This document shows, one piece after another, positions 56,472 to 64,000 of a stretch of 64,000 nt of DNA (positions are counted from its first letter, which is position 1; each line of letters opens with the position of its first letter). Source of the stretch: Eledone cirrhosa. Lineage: Eukaryota. A model generated the notes under the pieces. The model made no database searches, was not told the origin of the DNA, and was given only the letters and a program-made list of their open reading frames with translations. Where the stretch lies: assembly GCA_964016885.1 (NCBI GenBank), contig OZ024742.1, positions 188,480,001-188,544,000 of the forward strand, given 5' to 3'. The position numbers were made by a program, and so were the translations under genes.

Positions 56472-58137
56472 GTTGGTGCTGAAAAGTTAAAAGAAGAGGA
56501 AAAAGAAATCACTCACCTCTTCGTCTCCTGGAGACCAGGCTTCACAATTTCCATGGGGGTGTTGGAGGGGTTGTTTGGTGGGTTGGTGGTCTCTGGAGGG
56601 GTGGGGACAGAGATGTTTGGTGGGGAGGGGGTGTCTGGTAGGATGGGGGCGGGGGTGGGGATACATTTTAATAGGACTCGATTGTAGCGTTAGGAAATTT
56701 TTCTTTTAACTGCTTAACTCCATGGAGGTCCTAATCATTTTAAGATTAAGATTCTCCGAAGAGTGTGTAAAAGTTTTCCCTTCGGTCTCCACCGAAGGGT
56801 TTTTATATATGGTGTCAGTTAAAGTTTATTGTTAGTATTTATGTAGGTGTAACATTTTTGTTGTGTTGTGTTGCTTTTTGTCTGTGGTTCTTGTGTGTTT
56901 ACGTTTTGTAGTAGGTGTTTTGTTTTCAGGAGGAGGTGTTTTTGTTTGTGCTGTTTGCGTCGCTTGCGTTGGTGTTTGTGTGTTTGTTGCACTTTTGTTT
57001 GGTTATGTCTTTTCTTCTTTTCTTTTTACTGGTCGGAAAGGTTCTCCCTCATTGTCACTGGGTGACGATGATGAGGCCTCATCCGTGTTGTTGGGGAGGG
57101 GTACACTTTTTTGGGGGCTGTTATGTGTGTGGGTGTTTCTGGAGTTGTTTTAGGTGGGGAGGGGTTGGGTGGTACTGTGTTTGTCGTTTGTTTTGTTGTC
57201 ACTATTTTTTTATGTTGTTGTTGTTGTGGTGGTGGTGATTGTTGTGCTGGTGTTGCAAGTGTTGGCAGTAGTGCCTTTTATTTGGCTAGTTAGCCGAGAA
57301 CCGGAAGCTCTCAGGTGACTGCTACTTAAGCAGTGGTAACATGAGAGCCGTCTATCCTCGACCGAAATGTTTATGTATATAAGCCCATCCAGCAACACAC
57401 ATTCCGTGATCCTAGCTATTTGTTCTGCTGTCATTTGGACCAGAACTTCCAGGCTAGTTCCGCTGAACAGGTCGCCGGAGGACTTACCTACCGTATTATA
57501 TAGTCTGTTTCGAGGTTTAAAAATCCACATAGTACACACCAAGTATCAATATTTGGTGTGATACTTTGGATTTTTATTTTCTGTGTTCTTTTCCCCATGT
57601 AAGGGGGGAAAAAGGTGAACAGTGGTGATACATTTGGCGACACAGAATATTTCTGTGCCGTCAATTGGTCTTTAATTAGAATGGATAAACTCCCGTAGAG
57701 TCTACCCTTCTGAATAAAAGCAATGTCTTTTAAGGCCTTTTTTAAAGCAAACTCAATTTCACCTTGTGAAATTTAAGTCGGTTTTCGTGCTTTGTTTGAG
57801 ATTGTCCTGAAAATCACAGTTTTCAAGGCAGCTTCGCTTCGCAAATCTGGGGGAGAGTTTATGGAGATGATCCGTTCTCCCCAAAAGTTACATATTGTCT
57901 GGCGTTATTCAAAAGCGCATTTGCATTTGAAATATCTACCGGAGTGTAGCTTACCGTTTTCTTTACGGTTTGCGCAAACGATATTTTGTCGTTTACTACC
58001 TTGTTGCAGTTATTGGTCTTGTTGTTGTTATTATTGTTCTTGTTGTAAAAGGCGAAAGATTTATCCGCTTGTTGATGTTGTTTTCGTTTTTTCCGTTGTT
58101 GGTGTGGTTGTTATTGTTACTGTTGTTGGTTGTGGTT
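55015..58137 (-). mobile_element. Decayed Tx1 LINE copy C, truncated at both ends
   Basis: ORF1 remnants (CYHCLSSSHLRA knuckle, ends ..ETKR*); ORF2 from ATG 56471 (MANIRVVCLNVRGL) to ..VYCNW, with frameshifts. Confidence 0.92.
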
Positions 58138-58374
58138 GATAGATAGATAGATAGATAGATTTCTTTATTTACCATAAAGGTATAAAAAGAAGGGACAAAT
58201 ACAAAGGGGGAGTTTACATAAAACCGAGTAAAAAGGGTATAAAATGAAAATAATCGAAAACAATCTCAAAAGGGAGGGGACGCGATGGGGGTTGCACACA
58301 CCCCCGAAAAAGTGTGCAATCCTTTGCCCGAGGAGCACATGGAGAAGGTGCTCCCCTCTCCTTCACTTCTTTAC

Positions 58375-61300
58375 CTACAGGATGGTATACAGAGAAGGCC
58401 CATTTACACGAGCCATTCTCGCCACTATCACCCACCTTTCATAAAACTGCCTGTAGCCAAGCACCTCTCTCTCCATTCTTATCCTTCTTCCGAAGTGATA
58501 TCGGAAGAAGTAGACCAGACTATGGCCAGAGAGGAAGTTGCCTGACCTCAGACCTTTCAATCGTGTCCACCAAACAACCGCTTTCAACATGGCTATTACG
58601 CACAGAAAACCCGCCTTTGCTTCCTTTGTGAAGAGGGGAGGCGGCTTGATTGTCATCACGGACTCGGCGGTCAATCGAATCGGCGCCACCCGCGACAGCA
58701 GTTGTTCAGCGTAGCCCCACAGAACAACCACGCCCGGACATTGCACCAATGCGTGCGCAACGGTTTCTTCGTGACGCACGCATCTAGGGCAAATCTTTTT
58801 CGAGGGATCCTTGCCCGTGCGCCCGCGTCTGTAGAGTCTTTCTCGAACGGGTAGAGCCCCCCGGTAGCACTGCCAGGCTAGTGACTTCTGGAAGTTGTCC
58901 ATTGGTCCCGGGCCCAAAGTCCTACCGAACAGGCTGGCCAGCTCATCCTCTTCCATGTCCAGCGACTCTCCAAGGGTGTCATCGCCTCTGCTAGCCACCA
59001 GCCCTCTATAGAATGACGAGGTGGATTCTCCACCAATGTCCGGGTCCGCTTGCCAGAGAGCCCTGAGCGCCTGGGCACACTCAGTGTGCCAGTCTCCCAG
59101 TTTTCCGGATCTTTGCTTGACCCAGGACTGCAGCTCGGTGTGCGAGACGAGTCTCGGAAAGGCTCGTTTCACGAACGGAGCCCACACCGGTTGACCAGTG
59201 AGGAATACCTGTAGGTGCCGTAGCCTTAATGCGTGCCTACGCAACATCAACCACGGCACCCCCAGCCCTCCTTTCGAAGGTTGTTGGCAGCAGATGGATC
59301 TTCTCACCATAGGAAGACGCTTCTTCCAAAGAAATTGAAAGAGCATGCGTTCCATGGTGGTGAGTGTTTCCTTAGGGCAAGGCACGACAGTCAGGCGGTA
59401 GTAAGTGACGGACGCTATGTAAATGTTCGCCACCTCCGCCCGACCTTTTAGGGGCAGCTTACACTTGGCCCATTTCTGGGTTAGTGCAAACACCTTGTTC
59501 GTAACGTCAACCCAGTTCTTTTCCACCTGGAGGTCCGGTCCAAACCAGACCCCAAGCAACTTCACCGGGCCCTCCGCCCAGTGTCCGACGATACCGTCGG
59601 GAGGCATCTGTTTGCCTCTCCACGTTCCGAGTTGCAGCCCGATGGATTTTTCCCGGTTCAGTTTCGCTCCTGACAACCTTTCGTATTCCTCCAGTAAAGT
59701 ACCGATCGCCTCGATCTCCGAGTCGGTCGATACCATTACTGTTACGTCATCGGCGTAGGCCGACACCGCTTTGCTCAATCCTGGTTCCAGGGGGATACCC
59801 TGCAACAACTCCAACTTCCTCAGTAATGGCTCGAGAGTCAATACGTACAGAAGGGAGGAGAAAGGGCACCCCTGTCGAATGGATCGTGTGATTTCGAACG
59901 GCTTCGAAAGGTAGCCGTTCACCTTGATCCTAGAACAGATGTGGTTGCTACGTAAGGCAGTGATCCAGCCTCTGAAAACAGGACCGAACCCAGCCGCCGC
60001 TAGCACCGCATCCAGGTAACCATGGTCGACCCTATCGAAGGCCTTAGACTGATCTAAGTTGATCAGGGCCCCACCGAAGTCGGGTTTGTTGCCAACCCTC
60101 TCTATGATGTATCGCATGAGGTGGAGGGTGTCATGAATGGACCTGGATGGGATAGTACATGTCTGCGCATCTCCCACCAGGCCACCCACGACAAGCGCCA
60201 ACCTCTTTGCTAACACCTTGGCCAAAATCTTTAACTCTGTGTTTAGCAGGGTTATGGGCCGAAAATTATTTATACTATCCCCCTTGTTCTCGTCCTTCCT
60301 CACCAACGAGACTACGCTCTTGGTTACAGAACAAGGAATTCTCCCGTTCTGCTGCCAATTGCAGTAGACTGCTTCGAGGAGTTCGGAGAAGACCGGCATT
60401 GCTAAATAAAGTTCGTAAGGTATACCATCGAGACCTGGAGATTTGCGTCTGCTGCATTGGCGCAGCGCATCCCCGATCTCATCAGCCGAGATTGGTCCCT
60501 CGCAGGACTCTGCCTCTTTGCTCGAGAGACGCGGCAGGCCGTCGAGGTATGGACGGAAATCCACGTCCCCGCCCGGACCCTCGCCTCCCCCGAACAATCG
60601 GGCCTTTGAAAGGCCTAGCATATCTGCTTAGGCTCCCGGATCACCTGTCCATCCTCGTCTTGCAAAGACCGGATGGTGGATCGATTTCCAATCTTAGCTT
60701 CTGTCACGCGGGCCCAGCCAACGGTTTGGCCCCCTCATTACCTAGAGCACGTATCTTACCTCGAATGACGCAGCCCTCGTGCTTTGCATCGAAAAACTGG
60801 CTCAAGGCCGTCCTCGATGCCAGCACTATGGCCACATCTTCGCTCTTGATTGCCTCTTCTAATTTACCTGTTAATTCTTTATCGTTCCTATTCCTATCGG
60901 CAGCTAACATCTTGCTATAACTTATTGATTCTGTTCTAATCTCTCTTTTGAGAGATGCCCACCATCGGTTGTTGACGATTGCACCCGTCAACCTCTCCTT
61001 AACTAATCGGTTTCTGTAAGTCTCTTTTGCCGGTAAAGACAAATTAAGTTTCCAGTAACCGGGACCCTGTCTATGTGTTTTCTCGAGATTGACTACGCAG
61101 GTCACTAATTTGTGATCTGTATAGCCAACCGTGAGCATTTCTGGACAGCTTAATATGTCTCTATCCTTACTTCTAACTAAGAATCTATCTAAGTACGATC
61201 TAGATTGACCACTGTAGTTCGTCCAAGTCCAGGTTGGCACAGTTGGAAAATCTAGTCGATATCTATCGACCAAGTTAAAACGGTCGAGTAACCCCTTGAG

Positions 61301-61792
61301 GCTGTTACACCCCCCTCTATTAGGACATTCTCCTGCATAGTCCCAACGTGCATCTAGGATATCATTCCAATCCCCCGCTAGAAGCAGGGAACGCAACGTT
61401 CACAGAAAAGTCTCCAGAGGCTGGAAGAAGTCGGGTCGTTCAGCTCCGAAAGGGGAGTAGACGGCGACCAGTCTCAAGGCCGCACCTTCACTACTGCCAA
61501 CGTCTAGCACCAACAAACGACCATCCGGGTCCGAGTGAACAACCTGTACGGCGAGACCCAGGTGTTTTTCCAGCAGTACGACAACCCCACCCCCACCTCC
61601 AGGTTGACAGAGAGATGCATGCACCTCAAAGTCATCGAAGGTAGGAGCCAGCTGCCGCACGACGCTGATTCGAGTCTAACAGATAACCATTACATTTATA
61701 CCACGTGACCTGATGTCATTTAGAAGCTTTGCTTGCTTCCAAGTTGAGCTCAGGCCACGTGCATTCAAACATCCTACTCTTAACACATCCAT
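58375..61792 (-). pseudogene. Tx1 ORF2 (APE + RT + zinc finger); APE half disrupted, RT half open
   Basis: Start MDVLRVGCLNARGL at 61792; pieces 61400-61660, 60704-61396 and 58375-60621 (QGCP, YADD, CPRC..H..VQC). Confidence 0.93.
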
Positions 61793-61825
61793 GTGGGCGG
61801 CAAAGCCAAAGGAGAGTGTAGAGAC

Positions 61826-63706
61826 CTACCTTTCTGCTTCCCGGGTTCGGGTCGCACGACTTCCATGAGGTCGGGGGTGTTGGGTGAAGGGGTGTATTGT
61901 GGTGGTGTGGGGTCGTCAGTGTGTGTTTGGGGTGTTTGGAGTTGTGTTGGGGAGGGGAAGGGGAGGGGGAAAGCTTTTTAGTAGGACGCGGTTTATGGGT
62001 TTGACAGAGGGTGGTCCTACGTCCTCCTTAAAATCCTTTTTTAGTTTTTGGTAGAGGTTCATTGGGATCTTTATTAATTTTAAATGTGGGTAGTTTTCTG
62101 AAGAAACAAAGTTTACCCCTTCGGTTTGTACCGAAGGGTTATTGTTTATGAGTTCATTTAATTTAGTATTGTTTCTGTTGATGTAAGTATAGTGTAATGT
62201 CTTTTTTTCGGATGGTGTGAGTGATTCGAAGAGCGGAGGGGCAGGTTTGGTTTTGTTTGTTGCTGGAGGGGTGTTTTGTGTTTTGTTGGATTGAGTTGAC
62301 ATTTGGGCAGGGGTTGTTTGGCCTTGTGTGTTTTGCACACGTTTTCTTTTTTTCCTTTTAATCTGTCTGAAGGACTCCGTTTCTTCCTCCGAATTCGTTG
62401 GGTTATCTTCAGTGTTGGAGGGAAGAGGTATGTTTGCTGGTAATGTTTCCGTGTTGGTTTTCTTTGTGGGGAGATGGATTGTGTGTGTGTTGTGGCTGCG
62501 GTGGTTGTGTTGTTTTATTGAGTGAGGGGTTGGGTGGGACTGTGTTTTGTTTTTGGGTAATGTATTGTGTCTGTTTGCGTTGTGGTGGTGGTGTAGTTTT
62601 ACTGAGGGACGGGTTGGGTGGGACTGAGTTTTGTTGTTTGTTTATCTGTTGTGGTGGTGGTGGAGCTGGTGTTGGTAGCAGGGTTTTCTTCTTGTTGAGT
62701 TGGGGACAAGCCGCCTTCAGGTGCCCTCTGCCTGCACAGATATGACAGGACGGCCTTCTCCCTTCCACGCTAATGTTTATATACCCGTGGCCCTCTAATA
62801 GGATTCTGTCGGGTATTTGGGCAATGCGTTCAGGCTTCATTTGCACTACAAGTTCTATACCTGTTCCACTGAACGCATTGCCTGTGGTTTTCCCAATGGA
62901 AATCACGTTGTCATTCACTGGATCGATGAAGCCAGCTATGAGCCAGCAGTAGTCCACATCTGGCATTATCGCATCTAGCCATATGCGCTGAGTTCTTTTA
63001 CCCATATAAGATGGATAAAAGGTAAAATTTGTCGAACGAATCGCCGACAAAGCATATTTTTTTGCCGCTGATTCGTTCTTCATAATAATCGCTAGGCTTC
63101 CATACAGTCTGTCTCTTCTTATGAAAGTGGTTTCATTAAGTACTTCTGTAAGTACTGCTTTAATTTCTGCTTGTGTTGGTTGTTGAGGTTTTTTAGAGGT
63201 GTTGTTGATGGTGCAGAAAATGACCGTCCGACTTTCAATATCTTTGGTGAGTTCTTGAGGCATTTTTACCGATAAGGTACCATTTTCCCCTTGAGTTATG
63301 TATTGTTTGGCGTTTTTAATTCTTTGTGCCACATCTGAAATATTTTCAGGTAAATATGTTAAAGATTTCTTCGTTGTTTGTGCAAATGAAATATTATTGA
63401 TGTTGACTTTGTGGTCTGCTTTTCTTTCTGTTATGATGTTGTTTTCAAATGTTATTTTTGTGTTTGTTGTGTCTTTGTTTGTGGTATTAATATTGTCATG
63501 CAATTTTTTCAAATTTTTTTTGTTGTTGGAATCAATGTCCAGATTTGTGTTTTCGTCATTTTTCTCCGCACATTCGTCTGTTTTTATTTTATTTTTTCTT
63601 TCCTTCTCTATGACGTTAGTTGGGAAGGAAGGGGGACTAAAGCGTGCGAGCTTACAACTCTTACCGCTGTCCCCCCACCACTATTTTCGTTAGCTTCGTT
63701 TAACAT
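61826..63706 (-). pseudogene. Tx1 ORF1, frameshifted
   Basis: Probable ATG at 63706; SVEGRRPSCHICAGRGHLKAAC knuckle homologous to copy A; C-terminal piece 61916-62338. Confidence 0.88.
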
Positions 63707-64000
63707 TTCTGTCAGACGATTGAAATTTAATGCCACAAAATTTTTAAAAACAGGTTTTTCACCCCTGGGAGCGGCGAAGATGAGCTGACCCACCGCCTGA
63801 CAGTTCAGACGGAGGGTCAAGCTACACAATAGTATCAAAATTAAAATTGAACTTACAAAATTTCCGCAATAAGTTGGAACAAAACTTCTGCGCGAAGTGA
63901 ATTACATCTACGCTGTAGAACAGACGACAGCTAGATAGATAGATATATAGATAGATAGATAGATATACATATGAGGGCAGTGCTTGCGAAATTTGAAAGA

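Larger units (their letters stand above)
58158..63931 (-). mobile_element. Full-length decayed Tx1 LINE copy B
   Basis: Begins next to (GATA)n at 63933-63965; ends TAAATAAAGAAATC followed by (TATC)5 at 58157-58138. Confidence 0.94.

Overview
Eukaryotic, extremely repeat-rich window with no recognisable host protein-coding gene, RNA gene or CRISPR array. The SINE types and (TA)n/(CATA)n/(GTA)n density resemble an octopus or other cephalopod genome (inference). Main content: (1) three Tx1/L1-clade LINEs: an apparently intact copy at 2259-8285 (+) within (ATT)n, a full-length decayed copy at 63931-58158 (-) within (GATA)n, and a doubly truncated copy directly downstream of it; (2) two coding and one decayed Penelope-like elements (PLEs; Naiad-type RT + GIY-YIG), plus many short fold-back remnants in (TA)n, many carrying type I hammerhead ribozyme (HHR) folds; (3) an R4/Dong-like LINE 3' fragment in (CATA)n, RTE-derived pieces, tRNA-derived SINEs, a piggyBac-type MITE, a Helitron 3' end, a 583-bp tandem repeat and large microsatellites. 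Most notable: (a) all three divergent Tx1 elements have a consensus 5' splice site at the end of ORF1 that contains a stop triplet (G|GTAAGT, G|GTGAGT, G|GTAGGT). The first downstream AG would join ORF1 in frame to ORF2 (copy B needs a 1-nt correction), suggesting a splice-controlled ORF1/ORF1-ORF2 switch. (b) A covariation-supported HHR variant with a near-invariant C-C mismatch at stem II position 4 recurs across dissimilar PLE families, followed by AATAAA and often a TTGAGTRCT tail motif. All calls were made by eye; boundaries are approximate and no database searches were run.
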